Source: a virus
Taxonomy: Duplodnaviria > Heunggongvirae > Uroviricota > Caudoviricetes
IMG/VR virus record: IMGVR_UViG_2563366935_000005
DNA length: 37,387 bases
Direction: 5' to 3' (one strand)
Translations under genes and position numbers: made by a program
Notes under the pieces: model-generated
Told to the model about the DNA's origin: nothing
The model's database searches: none
The model's input: the letters and a program-made list of their open reading frames with translations, nothing else
Shown: positions 9,206 through 17,610 of the stretch, in pieces
How the letters are laid out: each line of letters starts with the position of its first letter
How positions within the stretch are numbered: position 1 is the first letter of the stretch

Positions 9206-9742
9206 ATGACAGAAACGGAAGGTTTGATAATAACAGTTGCAAAACAGCAGGCGATTAATTTTGTTGCTGTTGTTTTGTGCTGCGTTATAAGCTATTTTTC
9301 GTTCAAAAGTTTTTCCTATAATGATGCAAAAGATATTTTAGGTGCGCTTATAAATATTTCAGCATCTATATTCACTATTGTCGGTTTATGGGTCGGTTTT
9401 TTATATCCGAATGCAATGAATAGTATTGTTAAGGATGATGTAAGTTATATAAAAAATGAGCATGACTCACCAAGAATAGAGAAATTAGTTTATACAATAA
9501 TCACATCTGCTTGTGTTATGGCTGGGATTCTAATTTTCTTTTTGGTTAAGGCAGTGTTTTATGCATTACCTGTTTATCAAGCTAATAAAGACTTGTTTAA
9601 ATACATTGGTATTTTCTTCATTTACTTTATTAGCTGGATGCAATTAAAATGCGTTATGAGCCTGATTTTGAGTAATTTACATTTTGTTAATCACTTACAT
9701 GGACGTTTAGCAAAAGCGAAATTAGAACACTATGATGAATAA
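9206..9742 (+). CDS. Small polytopic membrane protein (178 aa, about four TM helices); candidate membrane effector of the cassette
   Basis: Four hydrophobic segments (about residues 17-33, 44-67, 94-121, 134-157); GGAAGG RBS; translationally coupled to the 399-aa ORF. Confidence 0.6.
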   Translation: MTETEGLIITVAKQQAINFVAVVLCCVISYFSFKSFSYNDAKDILGALINISASIFTIVGLWVGFLYPNAMNSIVKDDVSYIKNEHDSPRIEKLVYTIITSACVMAGILIFFLVKAVFYALPVYQANKDLFKYIGIFFIYFISWMQLKCVMSLILSNLHFVNHLHGRLAKAKLEHYDE

Positions 9743-9887
9743 AGTGTTCGTATTGGCAGGAGTTACTGTGGATGTTTAACCTCAACAAGAGTAAGCCTCT
9801 TTTAACATGGGAATCACCGTTCTAACAAGCTTTGCATGTCTATGCTGCATGAATCCGCATGATCGTTTTAGGATCGTTTTTGCTGAG

Positions 9888-9915
9888 GCCCGCCAGAACT
9901 GGCGGGCTTTTGCTT
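9888..9915 (+). terminator. Rho-independent terminator after the cargo cassette
   Basis: GC-rich hairpin gcccgccag-aa-ctggcgggc followed by ttttgctt. Confidence 0.6.
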
Positions 9916-9956
9916 ATGTCATGCACCTGCATGAAAACCACTACATAAAGCGGGCA

Positions 9957-9975
9957 GGCGTGGCGGGGATACGAG
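9957..9975 (+). other. Candidate cos site (ggcgtggcggggatacgag)
   Basis: First 13 nt match my recollection of the 186 cohesive end (P2-type cos begins GGCGAGGCGGGGA); lies between the right-end cargo and the Q-side genes as expected. The 3' part differs, so this is tentative. Confidence 0.3.
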
Positions 9976-9985
9976 CGCGCGCTCA

Positions 9986-10014
9986 CTGACAGTTTTCAGA
10001 AAAGTATATATAAT
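9986..10014 (+). promoter_or_regulatory. Sigma70-like promoter for the DUF4062-like gene (-35 CTGACA, 17-bp spacer, -10 TATAAT)
   Basis: Hexamers and spacing read directly; about 38 bp upstream of the ATG at 10052. Confidence 0.5.
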
Positions 10015-10051
10015 CGCCTGAAAGATCTATACGTGCAGTGGAAATCATCAA

Positions 10052-11086
10052 ATGGATAAAAGATATCAGGTTTTTGTTAGTTCAACTTTTGCTGATCTTG
10101 AAGAAGAAAGACAGGAAGTAATGCAAGCACTGCTGGAGCTTGATTGTATGCCAGCAGGAATGGAATTATTTCCAGCAACAAATAGTGATCAGTGGAGTTT
10201 AATAAAAAAAATAATTGACGATAGTGATTATTATATTGTTATCTTGGCAGGGCGTTATGGTTCAATTGGTCCTGATGGAATAAGCTATACAGAAATGGAG
10301 TATCGTTATGCTTTGGAAACTGGTAAGCCAGTTATAGGTTTTATTCATAAAGATAAAAGTAACCTCCCCGCAAAACGTTGTGAGTCAAACCCTGAAGGCG
10401 TAGAAAAACTAAAGGCTTTCGAAGAGCTAGTTAAAACAAAATTATGTCGTTTTTGGGAGTCTCCTGCAGAATTAGGTAGCCAGGTTAGCAGAAGTTTGAT
10501 TAGACTAATTAAAGAATGTCCTGCAATTGGGTGGGTTAAAGGAAATTTAGTAACTAATGATGGTGATGCAAAGGAAATATTGAAATTAAAAAGGCGAATT
10601 GAGGAGCTTGAAAGTCAACTTGTATCAAGTATGACTGAAGCGCCTGCAGGTGCAGAAAAACTATCTCAAGGAGATGAGCTTTTTGAATTGGATTATGAAT
10701 TCTGTGTGTCGCCTACAGAATGGAGACATAATGGTGAAGAATATACCGATAAGGTCAAATTAAGCTGGAACGATATTTTTTCATATGTTTCGCCTTTGAT
10801 GATAGATGAGATAGTGGATGATAAGCTATATAGTGCTTTAAATAACTGTGTGCGAAATGCAGTTCAAGATATCATCTATGAGGATTTTAAAGATATGAAT
10901 TTATTATCTTTAAAAGTATCTAATTCTGATTTTCAAACAATAAAAGTGCAGTTTAGGGCGCTTGGGTTAATTATTAAAAGTGAAAAGAGTAGAAGTGTTA
11001 AAGATAAAGGTACTTATTGGACTTTAACACCGTATGGCGAAAATTTAATGACAACATTGAGAGCGATTAAAAAAACTTTGGTATAG
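10052..11086 (+). CDS. DUF4062-like N-terminal domain protein (344 aa) with an uncharacterised C-terminal region containing a coiled-coil-like segment; candidate single-gene defence protein
   Basis: N-terminus YQVFVSSTFADLEEERQEVMQALLELDCMPAGMELF...ILAGRYGS matches the DUF4062 pattern as I recall it; AT-rich; own promoter and terminator; not part of the P2 core gene set. Confidence 0.6.
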   Translation: MDKRYQVFVSSTFADLEEERQEVMQALLELDCMPAGMELFPATNSDQWSLIKKIIDDSDYYIVILAGRYGSIGPDGISYTEMEYRYALETGKPVIGFIHKDKSNLPAKRCESNPEGVEKLKAFEELVKTKLCRFWESPAELGSQVSRSLIRLIKECPAIGWVKGNLVTNDGDAKEILKLKRRIEELESQLVSSMTEAPAGAEKLSQGDELFELDYEFCVSPTEWRHNGEEYTDKVKLSWNDIFSYVSPLMIDEIVDDKLYSALNNCVRNAVQDIIYEDFKDMNLLSLKVSNSDFQTIKVQFRALGLIIKSEKSRSVKDKGTYWTLTPYGENLMTTLRAIKKTLV

Positions 11087-11090
11087 ATAA

Positions 11091-11126
11091 CAAAGGCCGT
11101 TCATATATGAACGGCCTTTGTTTTAT
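11091..11126. terminator. Bidirectional rho-independent terminator between the DUF4062-like gene and Q
   Basis: Perfect hairpin caaaggccgttca-tatat-tgaacggcctttg with a T-run on the plus strand and an A-run upstream. Confidence 0.7.
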
Positions 11127-12157
11127 TGTGTGGGAAAGCTATATGATTCGAATTTTATAATAACTTTACCAAGCCATTTATTTACTTCTTGTATATGCTT
11201 TTGCAGTGGTGTTAGCTCATTTCGCACAAAGACGCGGCTGGCCTTCTCCACATCCCCAAACCCCCCGACATTATTAGGCATAATCCCCATCATTTGCGGT
11301 GGCACACGATGCGCCGCCATCATGTCATCCCGGCTCACGTTCTTGATATTCAAAAACTCATCCTTCGCTGCGACCTCTGACAACGGGATAATCTGAAGCC
11401 CGTCCTTTTTGCCGTTAGGCGAGTACATAAACAGGTTGCGGAAGTTGCCTGGACCTTTGGCGCTTTTCATCGCGTTGCGGAGGTTGTTCACATCCTCCTG
11501 GTTCTGCGCGGCATCGGTCATATACATGATGAAGCCTGCATGACTGCCGTTAATGTAATACTTGCGGCGGAACAGCGTGGCAGACTCGTTGAGCAGGGCG
11601 GATGGAATAGCAGAAAGATAACCGGGCAGGCCGTAGATCTCCTGGTTGATGTCCGGTTCCATCAGATGAAAGATGCTGCCTTTCGTGAACTGATATGGCT
11701 GCGTGGTCATACCGTATTGCACAAACCAGTAGGTATCCAGGTCTAACCCGCGTCGGGTGTATTTTGCCAGGGCAGGTTCAAGGGCGATAACTTCACCGAA
11801 GCGGTTCGTGCGTTTCTCCAGGTAGGCGTTACCAAATACCAGATAGTCCTGCACAAAACGCGAAAAAGCCTGCTGGCTGAGCAGCGGGTGAGGGATGTAG
11901 GTGCTGGTCAGAATGTTGCACTTTACTGCAATCGGGGAACTATGATGCACGGCAGCGCGGAAGGTGCGCGCCAGTCCGTCAAAGCTGACGGGCGGTTCAT
12001 ACCAGCGGTCCATCTGTACGCATTCCACATAATCCAGCAGTTCTCGGCGGTCCAGAACAGGAACGGGATCGCCGAAGCTGAATGCTTCGGCTGTAGTTTG
12101 ACTTTTAAGCTGGATCTGTTTCGTCGCCGCAGCGCGGTTCTTCTTACTCTTTCCCAT
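11123..12157 (-). CDS. Q: Portal protein (P2 gpQ-like), 344 aa
   Basis: Length equals P2 Q; conserved position next to the terminase gene P; ATG at 12155-12157 overlaps the P stop. Confidence 0.9.
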   Translation of the reverse strand: MGKSKKNRAAATKQIQLKSQTTAEAFSFGDPVPVLDRRELLDYVECVQMDRWYEPPVSFDGLARTFRAAVHHSSPIAVKCNILTSTYIPHPLLSQQAFSRFVQDYLVFGNAYLEKRTNRFGEVIALEPALAKYTRRGLDLDTYWFVQYGMTTQPYQFTKGSIFHLMEPDINQEIYGLPGYLSAIPSALLNESATLFRRKYYINGSHAGFIMYMTDAAQNQEDVNNLRNAMKSAKGPGNFRNLFMYSPNGKKDGLQIIPLSEVAAKDEFLNIKNVSRDDMMAAHRVPPQMMGIMPNNVGGFGDVEKASRVFVRNELTPLQKHIQEVNKWLGKVIIKFESYSFPTQ

Positions 12158-13923
12158 CAAAAAATCTCCACAATATTGCTGGTATTGGCGGATTCGCCCT
12201 GCAGCGGTTCGTTAAACAGTGCGTGCATCGTTGCCCAGGCCAGATCGGCGTGGCTGGCTTCTTCGCTGCGGCTGGCTTCATAGGTCGGGCGGTTGCCACT
12301 GGCGGTGGTGGCGCGACGGATTGCCATAAAGGACTGCGCTATGTCGGTGTGTCCGGCGTCAAACTCCAGACGGCGGTGGCTGATAATGTCGTAGGCCTTG
12401 AGTACCAAGGCGTTTTTAACGTTGGGGTTGTAGACAAACTCCCGGACGGCAGGAAAAAACGCTTTCACGTTCTCGTAAACCCCGTGACCAACGCCGGTTG
12501 AGTCGATACCGATATAGGTCACGTTGTACTGTTCGGTCAGTTTTTTGATGGCGTCAGCCTGGGCGCGGAAGTCCATTCCGCGCCACTGGTGACGCTCAAG
12601 AATGCGGAACTTACCGCCCGGCACGGCTGGCGGCGCCACCACCACGCATCCGGCGCTGTCGCCGTTCTGCGTACCTTTCGCCGGGTCATATCCGATCCAC
12701 ACTTCGCGCCAGCCAAACGGGCGCAGGGCCAGTGCATGAAAGTCGGTCCAGACTTCCCAACTGTCCACCATGCACGCCTGCAGCTCGCTGAGCGGGAACA
12801 CAGACGCGAGATCGTCCACGAACTCACACATCAGCAGGTTCTGGTATTCGTCCGGGCTGTACTCCATGCGCAACTGGTCGAGGTCGAACAGGTTACAGCC
12901 GCCGCGCACCGCATCTTCCACAGTGACTATCTGGCGGTACTGCCCGTCTGCGCACAGCAGGCCGGGGGCCAGATTGCTGTGGGACAGGTCGATGTCCACC
13001 TTATCGGCTTTGTTGCGCCCTCGGTTGAACAGTGCACCGGACCAGAACGGATAAGCACTGTGTGTCAGGCTGGATGGCGTGGAAAAATAGGTTTGTCGCC
13101 ATTTTTTGTGAATAGCCATACCGGAAGCCACTTTGCGCAGCTCCTGGAATTTCGGTATCCAGAAATATTCATCCAGATACAGGTTGCCGTGGTAACTCTG
13201 GGCCGTGCGGGCATTGGTGCCGAGGAAGTACAGTGTGGCCCCGTTAGGAAGCACCATCGGATCGCCTTTCAGCTCCACCTCCACTTCTTTGGCGAAGTCG
13301 ATGATGTACTGCTTAAAGACGTGGGCCTGAGCCTTGCTGGCGGAAAGGAAAATCTGGTTACGCCCGGTTAGCAGGGCGTCAATCAGGGCTTCACGGGCAA
13401 AATAGAAGGTCGCGCCGATCTGGCGTGACTTCAGCAGGTTGCGGATGCGGTTGGTTTTTCCGGCTTCCCACCAGTGGCGCTGGTAGTTGAACATGGAGGA
13501 ATGGAAGATTTCTTCCAGCTTCTCAATCTGTTCATCGGTGAAAACGTTCTTTTCCGGCTGACGGCGCGGGCCTTTGTTGCGGTTGGCGACGTTAGGGTTT
13601 AAGTCGGCTTCGTTGCCGCCATTGTTAAACTTGCCGATCCGCGCATGGCGCTCCGACTGGCGCGCCAGCAGGTCAATCTCTTTGAAATCTTTCCCTTCTT
13701 TGTGCTCCTTCATAATGAGCTGACAGTAGCGTGCGGCGGTGGTGAGCTGCATCTGATCCAGCGGCCCATAGTCACCCCACTTGTCGCGTTTTTTCCAGCT
13801 GTGAACGGTTGCAACTTTCTCGCCCAGCATTTCAGCAATGCGGGCGACGCGGTATCCCTGAAAGTACAGCAGCATGGCCTGCCGACGGGGATCGAGATCT
13901 GCGGGTGTCAGTGTGGTGTTCAT
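12157..13923 (-). CDS. P: Terminase large (ATPase) subunit (P2 gpP-like), 588 aa
   Basis: Size and position match P2 P; divergent from O across a late-promoter region. Confidence 0.9.
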   Translation of the reverse strand: MNTTLTPADLDPRRQAMLLYFQGYRVARIAEMLGEKVATVHSWKKRDKWGDYGPLDQMQLTTAARYCQLIMKEHKEGKDFKEIDLLARQSERHARIGKFNNGGNEADLNPNVANRNKGPRRQPEKNVFTDEQIEKLEEIFHSSMFNYQRHWWEAGKTNRIRNLLKSRQIGATFYFAREALIDALLTGRNQIFLSASKAQAHVFKQYIIDFAKEVEVELKGDPMVLPNGATLYFLGTNARTAQSYHGNLYLDEYFWIPKFQELRKVASGMAIHKKWRQTYFSTPSSLTHSAYPFWSGALFNRGRNKADKVDIDLSHSNLAPGLLCADGQYRQIVTVEDAVRGGCNLFDLDQLRMEYSPDEYQNLLMCEFVDDLASVFPLSELQACMVDSWEVWTDFHALALRPFGWREVWIGYDPAKGTQNGDSAGCVVVAPPAVPGGKFRILERHQWRGMDFRAQADAIKKLTEQYNVTYIGIDSTGVGHGVYENVKAFFPAVREFVYNPNVKNALVLKAYDIISHRRLEFDAGHTDIAQSFMAIRRATTASGNRPTYEASRSEEASHADLAWATMHALFNEPLQGESANTSNIVEIF

Positions 13924-13969
13924 GGCACAAACCTACAGCCTTGAATGAAGGCTTTCCCCGCCTGCGGTT

Positions 13970-13987
13970 TGTGTGGTTGTCGGTACA
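13970..13987. promoter_or_regulatory. Ogr-type late activator box TGT-N12-ACA in the P/O divergent intergenic region
   Basis: tgt gtggttgtcggt aca read directly; dyad centred about 88 bp upstream of the O start and 55 bp from the P start codon. Confidence 0.5.
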
Positions 13988-14065
13988 AATACCGCGCATT
14001 GTTTCACTGCCTCCATCACCGCAACCATAAGGCTCCAGTAAGTTTTTTCTAACGGAGCACGGCTC

Positions 14066-14899
14066 ATGACAGTGAAAGCAAAGCGTTTTCGCATCGGGGT
14101 GGAAGGTGCCACCACCGATGGACGCGAAATCCAGCGTGAATGGCTGGAACAGATGGCAGCCAGCTACAACCCGGCGGTGTATACCGCGCTGATTAACCTT
14201 GAGCACATCAAGTCTTATCTGCCGGACAGCACCTTTAACCGCTACGGCAAGGTGACGGCGCTGTTTGCTGAAGAAATCACGGAAGGTCCGCTGGCAGGCA
14301 AGATGGCGCTGTATGCCGACGTTGAGCCAACGGAGTCCCTGGTGGAGCTGGTGAAAAAAGGCCAGAAATTATTCACCTCTATGGAAGTCAGCCCGAAGTT
14401 CGCTGATACGGGCAAAGCCTACCTGGTCGGCCTGGCTGCCACTGATGACCCTGCCAGTCTGGGCACTGAAATGCTGACATTCAGCGCCAGTGCAGCCCAT
14501 AACCCGCTGGCAAACCGCAAGCAGAATCCTGCCAATCTCTTTACCGCTGCAGAGGAAACGGTGATCGAACTGGAAGAAATCCAGGAGGACAAACCGTCCC
14601 TGTTTGCCCGTGTCACGGCGCTGTTCACCAAAAAAGAGCAGTCCGATGACGCCCGGTTCTCTGATGTGCATAAGGCCGTGGAACTGGTCGCCACTGAGCA
14701 GCAGAACCTGAGTGCGCGCACCGAAAAATCCCTGTCTGAGCAGGAAGAACGCCTGTCTGAGCTGGAGACTGCCCTGCAGGCACAGCTGACCGCCTTTAAC
14801 GAACTGGTGGACAAGCTGAGCCATGAAGACAGCCGCCAGGACTACCGCCAGCGTGCAACAGGCGGTAACGCCCCCGCTGACACTCTGACCAATTGCTGA
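14066..14899 (+). CDS. O: Capsid scaffolding protein (P2 gpO-like), 277 aa
   Basis: Position and size; Glu/Ala-rich helical C-terminal half typical of scaffold proteins. Confidence 0.85.
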   Translation: MTVKAKRFRIGVEGATTDGREIQREWLEQMAASYNPAVYTALINLEHIKSYLPDSTFNRYGKVTALFAEEITEGPLAGKMALYADVEPTESLVELVKKGQKLFTSMEVSPKFADTGKAYLVGLAATDDPASLGTEMLTFSASAAHNPLANRKQNPANLFTAAEETVIELEEIQEDKPSLFARVTALFTKKEQSDDARFSDVHKAVELVATEQQNLSARTEKSLSEQEERLSELETALQAQLTAFNELVDKLSHEDSRQDYRQRATGGNAPADTLTNC

Positions 14900-14915
14900 T
14901 GGAGCACAAAACCTG

Positions 14916-15974
14916 ATGAAGAAGAATACCCGCTTTGCTTTTAACGCTTACCTGCAGCAGCTGGCGCGTCTGAACGGTGTGGCAGTTGAAGAACTGTCCA
15001 GCAAGTTCACCGTGGAGCCGTCCGTGCAGCAGACGCTGGAAGACCAGATCCAGCAATCCGCCGCATTCCTGACGCTGATTAACGTCACGCCAGTGACTGA
15101 GCAGTCTGGTCAGTTGCTGGGGCTGGGTGTTGGCAGCACCATTGCCGGAACCACTGATACCACCGCAAAAGAGCGTGAGCCTGTCGATCCGACGCTGATG
15201 GTCGATGTGGAATACAAATGCGAGCAGACCAACTTTGACACGGTGCTGACCTACGCGAAGCTGGACCTGTGGGCGAAGTTTCAGGATTTCCAGGTGCGTA
15301 TCCGTGACGCCATCGTGAAACGTCAGGCACTGGACCGCATCATGATCGGCTTTAACGGCGTGAAGCGTGCGAAAACCTCCAACCGTAGTGAAAACCCGCT
15401 GCTGCAGGATGTGAACAAAGGCTGGCTGCAGAAAATCCGTGAGGATGCACCGGATCACGTCATGGGCAGCACCACCACGGGCGGCGAAACCACACCGGGT
15501 GCGGTGAAAGTCGGGAAAGGTGGCGAATATGCCAACCTGGACGCTGTGGTGATGGATGCGGTCAATGAGCTTATCGACGTGGTCTACCAGGACGATGACG
15601 ATCTGGTGGTGATTTGCGGTCGTGAACTGCTGTCTGACAAGTATTTCCCGCTGGTCAACAAAGAGCAGGAAAACAGTGAAAAACTGGCTGCCGATATGAT
15701 TATCAGTCAGAAACGCATGGGCGGTCTGCAGGCCGTGCGTGCGCCGTTCTTCCCGCCGAATGCGCTGCTGATCACCCGTCTGGATAACCTGTCCATCTAC
15801 TGGCAGGAAGACACCCGCCGCCGTTCAGTTATCGACAACCCGAAACGTGACCGGATTGAAAATTTTGAATCCGTTAACGAAGCCTACGTGGTTGAGGACT
15901 ACCGCTGCGCCGCACTGGTGGAAAACATCCAGATTGGCGACTTCAGCGCCGCCGCAGCAGAAACCGGAGCGTAA
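14916..15974 (+). CDS. N: Major capsid protein (P2 gpN-like), 352 aa
   Basis: Strong resemblance to P2 N (FAFNAYLQQLARLNGV..., KFTVEPSVQQTL..., GWLQKIREDAP...). Confidence 0.9.
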   Translation: MKKNTRFAFNAYLQQLARLNGVAVEELSSKFTVEPSVQQTLEDQIQQSAAFLTLINVTPVTEQSGQLLGLGVGSTIAGTTDTTAKEREPVDPTLMVDVEYKCEQTNFDTVLTYAKLDLWAKFQDFQVRIRDAIVKRQALDRIMIGFNGVKRAKTSNRSENPLLQDVNKGWLQKIREDAPDHVMGSTTTGGETTPGAVKVGKGGEYANLDAVVMDAVNELIDVVYQDDDDLVVICGRELLSDKYFPLVNKEQENSEKLAADMIISQKRMGGLQAVRAPFFPPNALLITRLDNLSIYWQEDTRRRSVIDNPKRDRIENFESVNEAYVVEDYRCAALVENIQIGDFSAAAAETGA

Positions 15975-15977
15975 TTC

Positions 15978-16628
15978 ATGAGCCTGAGTCCCGCACGGCA
16001 GCATCGCCTGCGCGTTCAGGCTGAACAGGCCGCTCGTGAGGGCGGCAGTGTTCGCCACGCGTCGGGCTATGACCTGATGCTGCTGCAACTGGCGGAAGAC
16101 CGCCGCCGTCTCAAGGGCGTTCAGTCCACGGTGAAAAAAGCGGAAATAAAGGTGGAGCTGCTGCCGAAATATGCCGCCTGGGCGGAGGGCGTCCTGGCTG
16201 CCGGAGGCGCTCAACAGGATGACGTGCTGATGTACGTGATGCTGTGGCGCATTGATGCCGGAGATTATGCCGGGGCGCTGGAGATCGGGCGTCATGCCCT
16301 GCGTCATGGCTGGGTGATGCCGCTGGGTAACCGCAACGTGCAGACCGTGCTGGCAGAGGAAATGGCAGATGCAGCGCAGAGCGCAATGCTTGCCGCCACC
16401 GGCTTTGATGCCGATCTGTTGCTGCAGACGCTGGAGCTGACAGACGGTCTGGATATGCCGGACCAGTCACGGGCGCGTCTGCATAAAGCGATTGGCGCTG
16501 TCCTGAGTGAAAGCAATCCGGCGTCCGCCCTTAATCATCTCAACCATGCGTTACAGCTCGATCCCCGCTGTGGCGTGAAAAAAGACAAACAGCAGCTGGA
16601 GCGCAGACTGCGCAATGACAGCCGCTGA
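15978..16628 (+). CDS. M: Terminase small (endonuclease) subunit (P2 gpM-like), 216 aa
   Basis: Position after N and motifs shared with P2 M (VMLWRIDAGDYAGALEI...). Confidence 0.85.
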   Translation: MSLSPARQHRLRVQAEQAAREGGSVRHASGYDLMLLQLAEDRRRLKGVQSTVKKAEIKVELLPKYAAWAEGVLAAGGAQQDDVLMYVMLWRIDAGDYAGALEIGRHALRHGWVMPLGNRNVQTVLAEEMADAAQSAMLAATGFDADLLLQTLELTDGLDMPDQSRARLHKAIGAVLSESNPASALNHLNHALQLDPRCGVKKDKQQLERRLRNDSR

Positions 16629-16723
16629 CAGAACGTGCCCCCGCGCACGGGCGGCACGGGGTGGCGAAAGGCACTGCCACATCAAAACCCCGTCCACCGC
16701 CCTCTATTTCAGGAGAAAGCAGC

Positions 16724-17188
16724 ATGAAGTTTGTTGCGCCAGAACAGGCACCGGAACAGGCGGAAATCATCAGAAATACGCCGTTCTGGCCTGATGTGGA
16801 CCTGTCGGAGTTTCGCAGTGTGATGCGCACTGACGGCACGGTGACGCAGCCGCGTTTAAAGCAGGTTGCGCTGTCGGCAATTTCGGAGGTCAACGCAGAG
16901 CTGTATGAGTTTCGCAGACGCCAGCAGATGCTGGGGTATGTCTCGCTGGCAGAGGTTCCGGCGGAACAGCTGGACGGGAAAAGTGAGCGCATTCAGCACT
17001 ATTTCAACGCGGTTTACTGCTGGGCACGCGCCATGCTCAACGAGCGTTATCAGGACTATGACGCCACGGCATCCGGTGTGAAGCGGGGCGAGGAACTGGC
17101 GGAAGCAAGCGGTGATTTGTGGCGTGACGCCCGCTGGGCCATCAGCCGGGTGCAGGATGCGCCGCACTGCACAGTGGAGCTTATCTGA
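16724..17188 (+). CDS. L: Head completion/stabilisation protein (P2 gpL-like), 154 aa
   Basis: ATG at 16724 with AGGAGA RBS (the ORF-track start at 16661 is probably too far upstream); position after M; stop overlaps the X start. Confidence 0.8.
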   Translation: MKFVAPEQAPEQAEIIRNTPFWPDVDLSEFRSVMRTDGTVTQPRLKQVALSAISEVNAELYEFRRRQQMLGYVSLAEVPAEQLDGKSERIQHYFNAVYCWARAMLNERYQDYDATASGVKRGEELAEASGDLWRDARWAISRVQDAPHCTVELI

Positions 17189-17391
17189 TGAAAGTGCGGG
17201 CGTATCAGTATGACACGGTGGACGCGCTTTGCTGGCGTCATTACGGGCGCACGCAGGGTGTCACGGAGCAGGTACTGAAGGCAAATCCGGGGCTTGCCGA
17301 ATACGGCCCCTTTTTACCTCACGGGCTGCAGGTGGAGCTGCCGGACATTCCGACCACCACCACCGTGCAGACCGTCCAGCTATGGGACTGA
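17188..17391 (+). CDS. X: Tail protein X (P2 gpX-like), 67 aa
   Basis: Same length as P2 X, with a similar sequence pattern (YDTVDALCWRHYGRTQGV...PGLAEYGPFLPHG...ELPD). Confidence 0.8.
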   Translation: MKVRAYQYDTVDALCWRHYGRTQGVTEQVLKANPGLAEYGPFLPHGLQVELPDIPTTTTVQTVQLWD

Positions 17392-17394
17392 ATT

Positions 17395-17610
17395 ATGACG
17401 CTTGAGCGAATCAGCGCCTTTATCACGTACTGCATCGCCGTTGTGCTGGCCTGGCTGGGCGATTTGTCCATCAAGGATGCCTCAACGCTGGGCGGCCTGA
17501 TGATTGGTGTGCTGATGCTGGCTATTAACTGGTACTACAAACATAAAGCCTACCAGCTTCTGCGCGACGGGCAGATCTCGCGGGAGGACTATGAATCCAT
17601 CAATCGTTAA
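17395..17610 (+). CDS. Holin, 71 aa
   Basis: Small protein with two hydrophobic helices and a charged C-terminus, immediately upstream of the endolysin. Confidence 0.6.
   Translation: MTLERISAFITYCIAVVLAWLGDLSIKDASTLGGLMIGVLMLAINWYYKHKAYQLLRDGQISREDYESINR

Noticed and set aside
9807-9989. 60-aa ORF on the plus strand in the intergenic region
   Set aside because: It overlaps the terminator hairpin, the putative cos motif and the promoter of the next gene, and has no RBS or recognisable fold; most likely non-coding.
12589-13371. 260-aa plus-strand ORF inside the terminase P gene, and similar long antisense ORFs inside T, U, D, N and M (for example 31075-31863, 33095-33748, 32937-33587, 14796-15458, 16540-16992)
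   Set aside because: These are shadow ORFs opposite well-supported GC-rich structural genes; they have Arg/Ala/Ser-rich low-complexity translations and no independent signals.
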